A stretch of DNA of 64,000 nt from Octopus sinensis (lineage: Eukaryota), in assembly GCF_006345805.1 (NCBI RefSeq), contig NC_043005.1:98146001-98210000 (forward strand), written 5' to 3'. Below, piece by piece: positions 50,451 to 63,121 of the stretch. Positions within the stretch are counted from its first letter, which is position 1; the number at the start of each line of letters is the position of its first letter. A program made the position numbers and the translations under genes. The notes under the pieces were generated by a model that saw only the letters and a program-made list of their open reading frames with translations, was not told the DNA's origin and made no database searches.

Positions 50451-51938
50451 GGCAACCATATGTGTAAATGTGATGTACAAATGTGATCTAATTTTAGCCA
50501 TTTGTTCTTTGGTTGCTAAAGGCTCTATACAATATTTTTAATAGAATTTGAAAGCATGATCTTTGACTTTGGAAATAATATGTTTTTCTTCTCTCAGATA
50601 ATAAAAGCTAAATAGACTGAAGCTAGATTTATGATTGTGTAGCAACAAGTTTCCAACCAAACCTTGTCAGTGAAAATTCTTTCATATTTTGACCCTGTCA
50701 AATAAATGTTAGTTTTATAATGACAAGTTCTAAAGAATCCAATAGGTTGAGTTTTGGAAGTTTTGTTCACATTTTGCCATCTGACTTTATGTTCACTGAC
50801 AGAAACAGTGAGAGAAGGTGTTGACCAAACCATTTTGGAACCAAAACTGTCTGCTGTGTTGGAATACATTGAGAACAGTTCACTTTGTTATATATTATAC
50901 AATAAATTGTAGAATATATGTGTATGTGTGTAGGTGTTCAGAAACTGGAATAAAGAAATGGTGATGTGAGTGAGAGAGAGAGGGGGGAGAGAAAAAGGGA
51001 GAGGCAAAGAGGGGGTAAGAGAGAGAAACAAAGACAGGGAGAAAGAGTGAAAGAGAGAGAAAGAAAGAAAGAAAGAAGAAGAGAGAGAGAGAGCAAGTGA
51101 GGAATGCAGTGTATAGCTAAGAGGAGAGTGTTACATTATCACATGATTAATTTGGAGAAAGCAGACGACATAACATTTGACTAACAATAAACAGAGTGAA
51201 ACCAATGTTATTTTGCTTGTGTGTCATTTATGTTGTTGCTGTGGTTTAATCTTAGATTAACATGACTTGAAAAGATTTATGATAAAAGGTGCTCCAACCG
51301 TGACTATCTGGAAATACATTGTCCAATGTATGCTTCCTCTTTAAGATAATAAGGTGTGATCTGAGGGAGATTTGGCTGCTCTTTCTAGCAGATTAAACAA
51401 CCACAGTGAAGCTTCGTTCATGACTCATTTACCATTTACTTTTAAAGATATGTTATAGTCTTTTACTATAACATTTTAAAGATATACTTACAATTTTAAG
51501 ATATACTTTTCATAGGAAATTTTAGGAAATAAAATATTGTTAGCAGGGAAATAGGGACCATATAAATCTAGTTTATCATGAAGGCAATGGAATAAAATTA
51601 CTTAGAAATAAAAGTAAAGACAATATATTAATGTATGCTGAAAAGAAAAAAAATTTCAATATTTCAAGTGTAATCTCTTTGTCAAGAAAGAAATTATAGC
51701 TAATAACAAAGAAAGAAGTTAGTGTACACATCTTTATTTTTCTTTCTTATTGTCTCTCATCTCTGTCTTGATAAAAGGCTTGTGCCCTTTAGAAGGAGGA
51801 AAATTGATTATTTTCTCTTTGCTGCATAGCAAAACAGATTGATTTTGCCTTTACATTTAAGTATGTTTTATTCAATGGGATTTCATTTTGCAGATAGAAA
51901 TTCATGATGGATCATTCAGATTCAGTTGTCAGATATTA

Positions 51939-52920
51939 TATTGGGTCATCCCATAAATAATGTGGTTTTTTTATACTTCTTTTATTTTAAAAAATTATGA
52001 TAAACAAAGTTCTTTTTTAATCTAAAATATGCTCTCCTTCATTTTCTACAATGCCCTTCCATCTATCTGGTAGCCTTCCAAGGTCCCTCTTCCAAAATTC
52101 ACTTGTCTGTGATGAAAAATACTCTTCCAGTACTGTTCTGACCTCATCTACAGAATTCATATTTTTTCCCTCCAAATGATTTTAAAAACTGCTGAATAAA
52201 TGATAATAAAATGGGGCAATGTCCAGTGAATATGGTGGGTAGGGGATCGTTTCCCATTCAAACTGCTCCAGCCTTTGGAATGTCATCCCCACTGTATGTT
52301 GCTGAGCATTATCCTGATGGAATAACACCTTTCACCTTGAAACCAAAGGTTGTCATTTTACTTCTAGGGCTGACTTAAGCCACTCAAGTCACTCACTGTA
52401 AATCTCCTTTGTTATAGTTTGGTTTGGGTTTAAAAGTTCAAAGTGAACTAAACCTTTCATATCCTACCTAAAAGATAACAACACCTTACCTGGGTTAAGG
52501 CCTTCTTTGGCTTGGGGTGCCAGTGTTTCTCCTTTCCCTACCCACTGTCTTTGGCACTTGACATTTTTATAGAGAACCTATTTTTTGTCACCAGTCACTA
52601 TTCGGTCCAAAAAAGGTTCATTTGTGAGACATGACAGCAAAGAAGAGCACACATTCACTCTCTGCACACAATTAGACTCAGAAAGTTTGAGGAATCCATT
52701 GACCCAGTTGGCTGACTTTTCTGATAGCATGCAGGTGTCGATGAATGGTTAAATGACCAAATCCAAGTTTCTCTCCTATTTTCTCAACAGTTATGATGGG
52801 ATTTTGTTCCACCAGAATTTGCAGGAAGTCCTTTTCAAGCTCTACAGATTTTCCAGGATGAGGCTCATCTTCTAGGATGTAGTTTCCAACTCAGATTGTC
52901 CGATCCCCATATACTGCATT
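51939..52920 (-). mobile_element. Mariner (Hsmar1/cecropia-like) remnant
   Basis: Terminal TA-TTGGGTCATCCCATAAATAATG; IHRHLHAIRKVSQLGQWIP, NEPFLDRIVTGDKK; related fragment at about 59115-59465. Confidence 0.85.
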
Positions 52921-52924
52921 AATA

Positions 52925-53631
52925 TTCCTTCCAGACAAAATGCTTAATGGTGTTTCATCTGCTGCTACATTCTGTGTTCAAATTCTGCTGGAGTTGACTT
53001 TGCTTTTCATTCTTTTGGGGTTGATAAATTAAGTACCAATCAAGTATTGGGGTTGATGTGATTGACTTACCCAATTCCACAACATTTCAGGCCTTGTACC
53101 TACAGTAGAAAGGATTATTATTATTATTATTGTTATTAAGGCGGTGAGCTAGCAGACTCGTTAGAATGCTGGGCAAAATGCTCAGTACTTCACCCATTCA
53201 CTACATTCTGAGCTCAAATTCTGCCAAGGTTGACTTTGCCTCTCATCCTTTTGGGGTCGATAAATTAAGTACGAGTGAAACACAAGGATTGATATAATCA
53301 ACTTATCCCCTCCCCAAAAATGGCTGCCCTTGTGGAAAAATTTGAAACCATTATTATTATTATTACTATTATCATTTATTTTTTTTTTTGGTTGGTATTA
53401 TTACAATTACAGATAAAGTGGTGAACTGGCAGAATTGTTAGCATGGCAGGCAAAATGCATGGTAGCATTTTGTCCTTTCTTATGTTCTGAGTTCAAATTC
53501 CACTGAGGTCGACTTTGACTTTCATCCTTTCGGGATCGATAAATTAAGTACCAGTTGCGTACAGGTGTCAATGTAATTGACTAGTTCCCTACCCCATAAT
53601 TTCAGGTCTTGTGCCTTTAGTAGAAAGCATT
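52925..53631 (+). mobile_element. Three consecutive SINE A (tail type 2) copies; the last (53419-53631) has a 13-bp TSD
   Basis: TSD ATTACAGATAAAG at 53406-53418 and 53632-53644. Confidence 0.85.
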
Positions 53632-53638
53632 ATTACAG

Positions 53639-53695
53639 ATAAAGATGTTGAAGCTTCATTTGAAAAGAAACGAAAAACACGAATACTAGTGGATG
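53639..53695 (+). CDS. Possible 57-nt phase-1 exon (D)KDVEASFEKKRKTRILVD(G)
   Basis: TTACAG| acceptor, G|GTGAGT consensus donor, open frame, unique sequence; strand opposite to the 29.7-kb exon. Confidence 0.3.
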
Positions 53696-53995
53696 GTGAG
53701 TGGTTAGACTGGTTGTTTCAAACATTGATTTGCTTTGTTTGTATTTGTTTTCTGTTTTTAAACAATGACAGCAAGCAAGATCTGTTTTGTTATTTGTAAT
53801 CATTATAAAAAGATAACTGGCATGTTGATGTGCCGTCGGATTAATTACAATTGCTCTATAATAGCAGAGGATCAGATGAAATACAAACGTAAATGCTGTC
53901 TGCTTTCAACGAAATGTTTTACTCATTTCACTGATTTCGTTTTGGGATTTGGTTTGCAAGATTCTTTATATGAGTTCATGTGTTAAAGCATATTC

Positions 53996-54261
53996 TATTG
54001 TGTCTGGAGAGAGTCATTTTCTTTTTGTGCCTTATAATTTAACACACTCACCGGTAAAATTTCCACTTTTTTCTTATTTTTATTTTCCTAAAATTTTCGT
54101 TGCGTCTTGTAACCTTTTCAATAGTTTTGACTCTATTGAAAAGGTTGCAAGACGCAACGAAAATTTTAGGAAAATAAAAATAAGAAATAAGTGGAAATTT
54201 GACCGGAGAGTGTGTCACATTACAAGGCACAAAAAGAAAATGATTCTCCCCAGACACTGTA
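53996..54261. mobile_element. Foldback (fully palindromic) MITE, Tc1/mariner-like end (CACTG-TA)
   Basis: About 125-bp arms around AATAGTTTTGACTCTATT. Confidence 0.8.
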
Positions 54262-54353
54262 ATATCATTTCTATTGAAATCTTTATTTACTCATTTTACC
54301 CCACTTATCTAATTCCTTTTTGTATGATTTTCACTGTGTATCTATTGATGCTT

Positions 54354-54569
54354 TTAATCCTTTAGAACTCAGATTATTGCCAACAGTAATGTTTACTTAA
54401 TCAGATTGATTTGAATTAATCATGCATTATCTCATAGCTTTGAAATTTTTATGACGTGATTGTTTATTTTTAGAATGACATTGTAGGATCAGTGTGAAAG
54501 ATCAGATCTGTCCTATTTGAACATAAAGCAACTAGAATATTTTGGCCGGTTATAATGCTAAAGGGTTAA
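54354..54569. mobile_element. piggyBac-like MITE
   Basis: TTAA-TCCTTTAGAACT...AATGCTAAAGGG-TTAA; homologous to 1740-1972. Confidence 0.7.
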
Positions 54570-54599
54570 ATCTTTTTGCAAGACACTGTTATAATTTAT

Positions 54600-55240
54600 T
54601 GGTTGCGCATTTTGGGGCAAGGTCAGCACTTTTTGAAGGAGCAGTAAGTTGATTACATTGACCCCAGTGTTCAACTGGTACTTATTTTATTGACCCTGAA
54701 AGGATGAAAGGCAAGGTTGACCTCACTGGAATTTGAACTCAGAATGCAAGGATGGATGAAATGCAGCTAAGCCTTTTACCTGGTGTGCTAATGATTCAGC
54801 CAGCTAAATGCCATAATTTAGGGATGTGAGGTACACAGAAAATAACAACCATAACAACAATCAAAATACTATAGGTACAAGGCCTGAAATTTGGAGGGAA
54901 GGGGTAAGTCAATCATATTGACCCCAGTGTTCAACTGGTACTTATTTTATTGACACCAAAGAGGTGGGAGGCAGTATTTGAACTCAGAATGTATAAAATG
55001 CTGCTAAACATTTTATCCAGTGACATAATGATTCTGCCAGCTCACCATTTTAATTATAATAATAATAATAATAATAATCCTTTCTGCTATTGGCACAAGG
55101 CTTGAAACTTGGGGGAAGGGAATAGTTTAATATATTGACCCAAGTACTCAACAGGTACTTATTTTATTGACCCCAAAAGGATGAAAGGCTTAGCTGACCT
55201 CAGCAGAATTTGAATTCAGAATGTAAGGATGGACAAAATG
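54600..55240 (-). mobile_element. Three SINE A copies in tandem orientation
   Basis: Repeated ACCCCAGTGTTCAACTGGTACTTATTTTATTGAC motif. Confidence 0.8.
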
Positions 55241-56889
55241 CCATTCTTTCCCTGTACTTTTAGTTATATTTTTAGTTTAAGTGTGCACTGAATTTTGAAA
55301 AGAATATAAGGGGGCACTGCAAGTGAAAAAAGGTTGTGGAGAACTGAGACAAATGTATGTTCCAGTGGGAAAAGAAGAGCTGTAGTGAGAGAGATGGTGA
55401 TGAAGATGTGTCAGGACATGCCCTCAAGGAACATTGGGCATAGTGAGAATAAGTGAGGTGATAGAATAAGTACCAAGTTTAATAAAAAATATAAAAAAAA
55501 CAATCACTGGGGTTGATTCATTCAACTACAAAAAAAAAAATCTTCAAAGGTGGTGCCCTAGCATGGCCGCAGTCCAGTGACTGAAACAAGTTAAAGAATA
55601 AAAGAATGTTATGATAATGATGCCAAAAATCAAACACTTTTTACTTCTCAAAGACAGAGTGGTCGCCACCTCCGAAAGTATTCAGTGCTGTCTTTGCCTT
55701 TCCATTGAAATTTGCCAGACCTTTTCTCATCTCATTCACGTAGCTTTTGAGATCATTTTTCATTATGATTAATCTGAAGAAAGCAAAGTAGGACAGTCGT
55801 TTGTAGCAATTTAGTGCTGTGAGTTCTAATGTATTGTATTGCGATTCATTAACTTGCCACTAATTGCTGTCACCTTGACCGATCAGCACCACACTTCAGA
55901 TCAATATATATATCTATGTGTGTGTGTGTATGTGTGTGTGTGTGTAGGCACGTACATATGTACGTATATATGTATGTATGTATGTATGTATTTATGCAAG
56001 CATGTATATATATGTGTGTGTCTGTATGTATGTGAGTGTGAGTGTGTGTGCATGTGTGCGTGTGGGTGTGTGCGCATGTGTGTATAATTGATGTAGTAGG
56101 AACATACATACTTCATGTGTATATGTATATATCTTTAACACATATACATACATACATACATTGATATATATATATGTGTGTGTGTATGTATGAGTATATA
56201 TATATGTATACACACACACATACACACAAACATATATGTATATATATATACATACACATACACACACGTACACACATATAGATATATATATATATACATA
56301 TTTATATGTATGCAATTATGTATGTGTTATATGTATGTATGTATGTATGTATATAGTGATAAGCTGGTACCTACATTCTAAAGGTGTCAGGATGTCAATA
56401 TTGGATGTGAGCATCTAATATGTGAGTGTCTAATAATGTGAGTGTTAATGGTTATCTAATTGCTGACAGGATGAGTTTCTGTTACATCTGGACTTCTGAC
56501 TAAAGCACATTGGCAAAAAATCAATAAATTTAACTGTGAGTTCTACAACTTAAAGGCTTAAAAATTGCAGTTTAACTACTTTAAATTTGTGTCACCATCA
56601 TCATTGTCTTCTGTCTGCTTTTCATGATGACATAGACTGGATGGTTCCCTTTATATGGGTCAGCTTTTATTCGGAAATGTTGCAGATGGGCTGGAGGATT
56701 GTATTTTTTAGTCCATTTCACTTTTAGCTAGGTTTCCATGGATGGGTGTCCTGTTTCCAGAGCCTACAGGGTGAATTTTATCATGAAAGCAGTACTAGAG
56801 AGATTGTCGTGTCCTGTATGTGAGGTATAATTCATCTATCTAATAAAAACTTTTTCTTATGCCTTACTTGTTTTTTTGATTCTTGCCTT

Positions 56890-57170
56890 GACTGGCTTCC
56901 ATGCCAAGGCACGTAAAAAGCACCAACCGATCGTGGCCGCTGCCAGCCTCGCCTGGCACCTGTGCCGGTGGCATGTAAAAAGCACCCACTACACTCTCGG
57001 AGTGGTTGGCGTTAGGAAGGGCATCCAGCTGTAGAAGCACTACAGATCAGACTGGGCCTGGTGCAGCCTTCTGGCTTTCCAGACCCCAGTCGAACCATCC
57101 AACCCATGCTAGCATGGAAAGCGGACGTTAAACGATGATGACGATGATGATGATGACGATGATGATGATG
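56890..57170 (+). mobile_element. Truncated RTE 3' tail
   Basis: As 24690-25024. Confidence 0.9.
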
Positions 57171-57229
57171 ACTATAATCTCAGAATATAGGCTTCCATCT
57201 CTAAAAAAGAACCTTCCCCAGTATGGAAA

Positions 57230-57660
57230 GAAATATTAGGGATCCACATAGTGTTTATCAGATGCTGTTATGAACAACACCTTGGTCTTTTTTAAACGTA
57301 GAATTGAGTTAAAGACATCACATGTAACAGAGAATCTGTACACCATAAGCTGTGTATATTCTTCTGCATTTGCTACAAATTCAGCTCTGTCTGCATGCAA
57401 GTTTTCTAATTAGAGACATAAAAATCTTTGATTTGCTGTTGAAACCTCATAAATCCAAAATCTTTCTTGAAGTGTGAAGTCTTAGTTTAACACCTCTGTC
57501 CAAATTTTGATAGGCATCAGATAGCAAAGTGGTTAAAAATAAGTTGGTGCTAGAGTGTCACCGTATGAAATAGCATAGTCTCAAACTTTCCATCTTCTAT
57601 TTACTCCAGCCTACTAACTTGGTACTCTGTGTACTACCACATCAATGATGTCATGGAAAA
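57230..57660 (-). mobile_element. Degenerate RTE-BovB-type RT fragment
   Basis: GVKLRLHTSRKI.DL.GFNSKSK..SLIRKL and KKDQ motifs match BovB RT (RFRT.GKLFNLRR..AKTK..IRELLYADD). Confidence 0.6.
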
Positions 57661-57685
57661 ATTGCATTGCAGGGATATGCACCAA

Positions 57686-58277
57686 ACGGTGAGCTGGCAG
57701 AACCGTTAGCACACTGGGCAAAATGCTTAGCAGTATTTCGTCTGCTGTTACGTTCTGAGCTAAAATTCCGCCGAGGTCGACTTTGCCGTTCATCCTTTCA
57801 AGGTTGATAAATTAAGTTATGCGCCGGGGTCGATGTAATCGACTTAATCCGTTTGTCTGTCCTTGTTTGTCCCCTCTATGTTTGGCCCCTTGTGGGTAGT
57901 AAAGAAATAGGTATTTCGTCTGCCGTTACGTTCTGAGTTCAAATTCCACTGAGGTCGACTTTGCCTTTCATCCTTTCGGGGTCGATAAATTAAGTACCAG
58001 TTATGCACTGGGGTCAATGTAATCGACTTAATCCATTTGTCTGTCTTTGTTTGTCCCCTCTGTTTAGCCCCTTGTGGGTAGTAAAGAAATAGGTATTTCA
58101 TCTGCCGTTATGTTCTGAGCTCAAATTCCGCTGAGGTCGACTTTGCCTTTCATCCTTTCGGGGTCGCTAAATTAAGTACCAGTTACACACTGGGGTCAAT
58201 GTAATCGACTTAATCCCTTTGTCTGTCCTTGTTTGTCCCCTCTGTGTTCAGCCTCTTGTGGGCAATAAAGAAATAAG
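57686..58277 (+). mobile_element. SINE A head-to-tail trimer
   Basis: Units 2 and 3 both begin at GTATTTC(G/A)TCTGCC after AAAGAAATAG. Confidence 0.92.
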
Positions 58278-58476
58278 GGATATACACCAAACAACTTCAC
58301 TCTATACTTTGTATTTTTTGTCAAAAGACTGATCAAGTGAATCAATAGGATTATGTGATTCACTGCAAACAATCATGTTGTAAGCCTGTCAGTTGACTTA
58401 CCAGAATGAATGTTTTCTTTTCTTTTTTTTATGAAGCATTAAGTACAAAAGACATTTTCTGTATTTTATTTATTCA

Positions 58477-59103
58477 CTAGCAGTATCGCCCGGCGTTGCT
58501 CGGGTTTGTAAGGGAAATAACTAATAAGCATTTTTAGAGAGTTATAGCCAAAAAATAGCAAAAAATGGAAAAAATATGATGGTAATTTTTTTTTTTAAAT
58601 CGTTGACTCATCGTAGACATTTTTAGAGAGTTACTTCCCTTATATAATAGCGAAAAAATGCATTAAAATGGAAAAAAAACGATGGTAAATTTTTTTTTAA
58701 ATCGTAGACTCATGTAGACGCTTTCTTAGCCATTTCTGTTTTGGTGTCTTCAAGCATGAAGTCGTTGTGTCTAAAAGAACACTGGTCTCCTTGACAACGC
58801 ATTACGACGTTGATTTCCTTACACACTCCCTTCCCCACAGGTGCAGGTGTGAGCGTGGACGCCAACTCCGCCGCCATCGACACACGAAAATTTATGCATT
58901 AAAATGGAATAAAAAATGATGTTAAATTATTTTTAAAATCGTAGACTCATCGTAGACCGCGCTAATATTCAGACGGGCTCGATATGAATCACGACTATAA
59001 GCTACCCGAATTTGGTTAAACTGTACCGCAAAATGTGGGAGTAGTTAGGAATCTAAATCGAAGGGGACAGACACTCACACAACTACAGTTTTATATATAT
59101 AGA
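58477..59103 (-). mobile_element. Non-autonomous Helitron with extra internal segment
   Basis: A|TCTATATATATAAAACTG start; CCCGAGCAACGCCGGG hairpin and GATACTGCTAG|T end; 58721-58887 absent from the 28431-28826 copy. Confidence 0.85.
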
Positions 59104-59760
59104 TATACATAGCGCAGTAGTGTGAGATTGACAGCAAAGAAAAGCATACATTCACTCTCTGCATGCAATTAGACTCGGAAAGTTCGTGAGGAACACATTG
59201 ACCAATTTGCTGTCTTTTCCGATAGCACACAGGTATCAATGAATGGTTGAATGACCAATCCAAGCTTCTCTGCTAGTTCCTCAACAGTTACGATGATTTT
59301 TGTTCACACCAGGGTTTTCAGGATGTCCTTGTCGATTTCTACAGATCTTTCAGGATGAGGCTCGTCTTCTAGGCTGTAGTTTATGGCTCGGGATTTCTGG
59401 AACCACCATTGACACTGCCTTACGCTTATTGTCCAATCCCCATATACTGCATAATATTTCTTGTACTTTGCACACATTTATATTCTGTTATTCTTTTATA
59501 TGTTTCAGCCTTGAGGTTGTGGCCATGCTGGATCATGTGTGTGTGTGTCTATCTGTCTGTATGTATATATGTATATGTATGTGTGTGAACAATAATATTT
59601 TCAACAGATGTGTTGCAAATGTATCTGATTGTTCTCAAGCTTCAATACTGTGTGTGTGTGTATGTGTGTGTGTGTATGTATGTATGTATATGTATGTATG
59701 TATGTATATGTATGTATGTATGTATGTATGTGTGTATGTATGTATGTGTGTGTGTGTGTA

Positions 59761-59791
<31 letters not shown>

Positions 59792-60728
59792 ATGTATGTA
59801 TGTATGTATGTATGTATGTATGAGTGTATGTTTACTTTATTACTAATTACTCTCTTCCAAGAACATTTTCACTCACTCTTAGCTCTTAGCTTCCCATACA
59901 TTTTACTCATGTATCTATCAGCGTCATGGACAGAATACTTTCACTTTAGTCTTCCTCAAATCTCTCTGTCGCTATTTACTTTCATTTTATTCGTTGCCCA
60001 CTGTGTGTGTGCGTTTGCGTGTGGTGTAAACCAGACTAAGAAAAGCATTTGACACACACACCAGAATGTGAGTTTTCTGTAAATTTTGCTTAATTGGAGT
60101 TTAAATTTTAAAAACTGGACCTGGCATGACGCGATGCATTGTACTCTCAAAACTGCTAGGTAAATTGTAATTGAAGAAATCCTATATTGTAGATTTGTAT
60201 AACTCCCAAAGGGAGGCAGATAAAATCTGCCTTTTATAATAAGAGATATATATATGTATCTGGTCAACAAAACTGAGTCAGTTTAAAGTTAAAATAGCCA
60301 TCTATGCATCATACTTAATGTATATATATATCACTATGTTATTTGTCCTGAGTTAACATCTCTTATGGAAATGATGCATTAAAAACACAATAAATTGCAG
60401 ATGAGGAAGCACCCCAGTAGTGACCAGCAAGTATGCCAGATTTTTGCCTTTTTGGGAAGTAACTGGTCAATCAACAATGTATATACATACAATTTGATAC
60501 ACGTATGACAAAATATATGTATGTATATATGTATTCAAACATACATATATAAATTACCTCCCCTGTGACATGTATACTTATTTATTTACTATACAGTCTC
60601 ATGTATCTTTGTATATTCTTATCAACAAACACCAATATTCCCATGTGGTACACTTGAACAATTGTAAGGAATCTCTTTGCATGAAACCATTGGGAGCCTT
60701 GTTAATCCACAAATACATTACACTCACA

Positions 60729-60766
<38 letters not shown>

Positions 60767-60779
60767 AGTATTAATAATA

Positions 60780-61392
60780 ATGAGTATGGAGACTCGTACA
60801 TCCACAAAATTTATTTTATAGCAATATACATCATAGTATAATTAATGACCTATACATGTTTCCGCTACAGCAACTATTTACTGTTGCAGATGCAACTTTG
60901 CAATATCGTTGGTGCAATTTCATCAGGGTCCATCCATTTGGTCTCCTTTGATGTCGCTGAAGTAAATTTTTGTTAGTATTCTGTGGGAGGTAGAGGTATT
61001 GTTATTTATGGGTAGATGCTTCATTGTCTGAAGTTGAGGTTTGGTCCTAAAATAGGTCAAAGTCAAGGTTGTTGTCTATGTAAGGTGCCTTGTTTGCCTT
61101 GATAGATGTGTGCCTTATTTTTGATTCTGGCTGTGGTGTTTGTATTGAAGTGTTTAAATTGATTTTTGGTTGGGTTGCTCCATTGTTTGTGTTGGGTATT
61201 CATTGTTTTGGTGATGTTTATCAACTATTTTTTATTTAACACTTTTGTTTAATTACTATTGTTTATATTTATATCAGGCTTTAAATTTTGCCAGGGCGTT
61301 GGCTATCTAGAATCATTTATATTATTTAAAAGTCCATTGCCATGTGTGTAAATATCTCTGCTTTTTTCTTGTCTTAAATGAAAGAAGACTGT

Positions 61393-61437
<45 letters not shown>

Positions 61438-61778
61438 ACTGCTAGCCGCCACTGACCATTCAAAATACTACAATCAAGGCCCTCCCAAATCCCCCCCCTC
61501 TTCTCCTCATCATCCTTCTTCTTCTTCCCTACCAAGAATTCACAATGACCTCGAACCCACAAATGTGAACAAGAGAGACAGAGCAAGGCAGAAACAAGGA
61601 AAATGCCACTTATATTTGAACACTATACAAATATTCCTTTAAAAAAACATTTCTTTTAATTTTTCTAAATTTAATTATTTAATCGTTACAGTTGAAAAGG
61701 TCTCAAAATGACTGAAACCGGTACTGAAATGTTCTTTATAAAATTACTTTAGCATTTTCTATTTTGACTTATTTTTTC

Positions 61779-61780
<2 letters not shown>
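60780..61780. mobile_element. PLE terminal fragments with degenerate hammerhead-like motifs
   Basis: Minus 60845-60932 CTGATGA...GGAAACATGTA; plus 61688-61727 TTGAAAA-GGTC..GACT-GAA-ACCGGT-A-CTG; TA-flanked. Confidence 0.5.
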
Positions 61781-61809
<29 letters not shown>

Positions 61810-61810
<1 letters not shown>

Positions 61811-62025
61811 TCCCCCCAGCTGGACGGGACACCAGTCCATCGCAGCATTACTCAAGAAACAGGAAGAAAGGGTGAGAGAAAGTTAGGGCGAAAGAGTACA
61901 ACAGGGGTCGCCACCACCCCCTGCTGGAGCCTCGTGGAGCTTTAGGTGTTTTCGCTCAATAAACACACACACAGCGCCCAGTCTGGGAATCAAAACCGTG
62001 ATCCTCCAACCACGAGTCCGCTGCC
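61810..62025 (-). mobile_element. tRNA-headed SINE (further family)
   Basis: GGGCAGCGGACTCGTGGTTGGAGG..GGTTTTGATTCC head; GCGATGGACTGGTGTCCCGTCCAGC (V-SINE-like motif). Confidence 0.6.
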
Positions 62026-62869
62026 CTCCACACACAAACGCACACATATATATATATATACATGCATGTGTGTGTGTATATATTATTATATGTATGTTTG
62101 TGTCTAAGTATGTATGTGTGTGTGTGTGTTACATATATGCATATGGACATATATCCACAAACATGTGTGAATGTAAATGTACACATAAGCACTTTCCTTT
62201 TCTCTTTGTCTCACTCTGCTCCCCACATATACACCTACACAAAAACTCTCTCTTTGTCACACACACATACAAACACACACACACACACACGTGCACATGC
62301 TCCAACACTCACATATATATATGCACACGGACAGATGAACTTATACAATGAATGGAAAAATGGATTGTGATGAGAAGACAGAGATGACACACGGACATAA
62401 AAAGAGAGACTTAGTTAGGGACAAGAGGTAAGTAGACAAATTAATATTGATGTTATTGAGAATTAACTAGTTATAGAGCAGATACAGCAAGTTGTTGTCA
62501 GTGGTGATGTGTGTGGGAGTGTGCGGCAAGGTGAGGAGTAGGTGATTGCAGGTAGCATAAGAAGAAACAGCGCCATGGTGGCGGGGAGGAATTGATTTGG
62601 TAGCAAAGAGGGGTAAAACAGCTTTGTTGAATCTGTGGACAACATACTCTCCATAGTGTTTATTATATTAGTGTACGCACATGCATGTGTATTTGTGTGT
62701 GTGTGTGTGTGTGTGTGTTGGGGTTATTTAGGACAGGTAAATCTCATGGCAGTCATGAAGAATAAGCCAGCAAATCCTTTGGGTTTGTATATATGTTGAC
62801 TTAAGCATTACATTGCTTTTATTGTGTGTAACATGTATGTGAGTCTATGTACATATGTAATATGCATAT

Positions 62870-63083
62870 TCTCTTTTATTCTCTTTTACTTGTTTCAGTC
62901 ATTTGACTGCGGCTATGCTGGAGCACCGCCTTTAGTCGAGCAAATCGACCCCGGGACTTATTCTTTGTAAGCTCAGTACTTATTCTATTGGTCTCTCTTG
63001 CCGAACCGCTAAGTGACGGGGACATAAACACACCAGCATCGGTTGTCAAGCAATGCTAGGAGAACAAACAAAGACACACAAAC

Positions 63084-63121
<38 letters not shown>

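Noticed and set aside
50594-50869. 91-aa minus-strand ORF in unique sequence
   Set aside because: No recognisable domain and only weak donor sites
57686-58277. Tandem repeats of about 185 bp as a CRISPR-like or satellite array
   Set aside because: Units are SINE copies with no unique spacers; eukaryotic context with no cas genes
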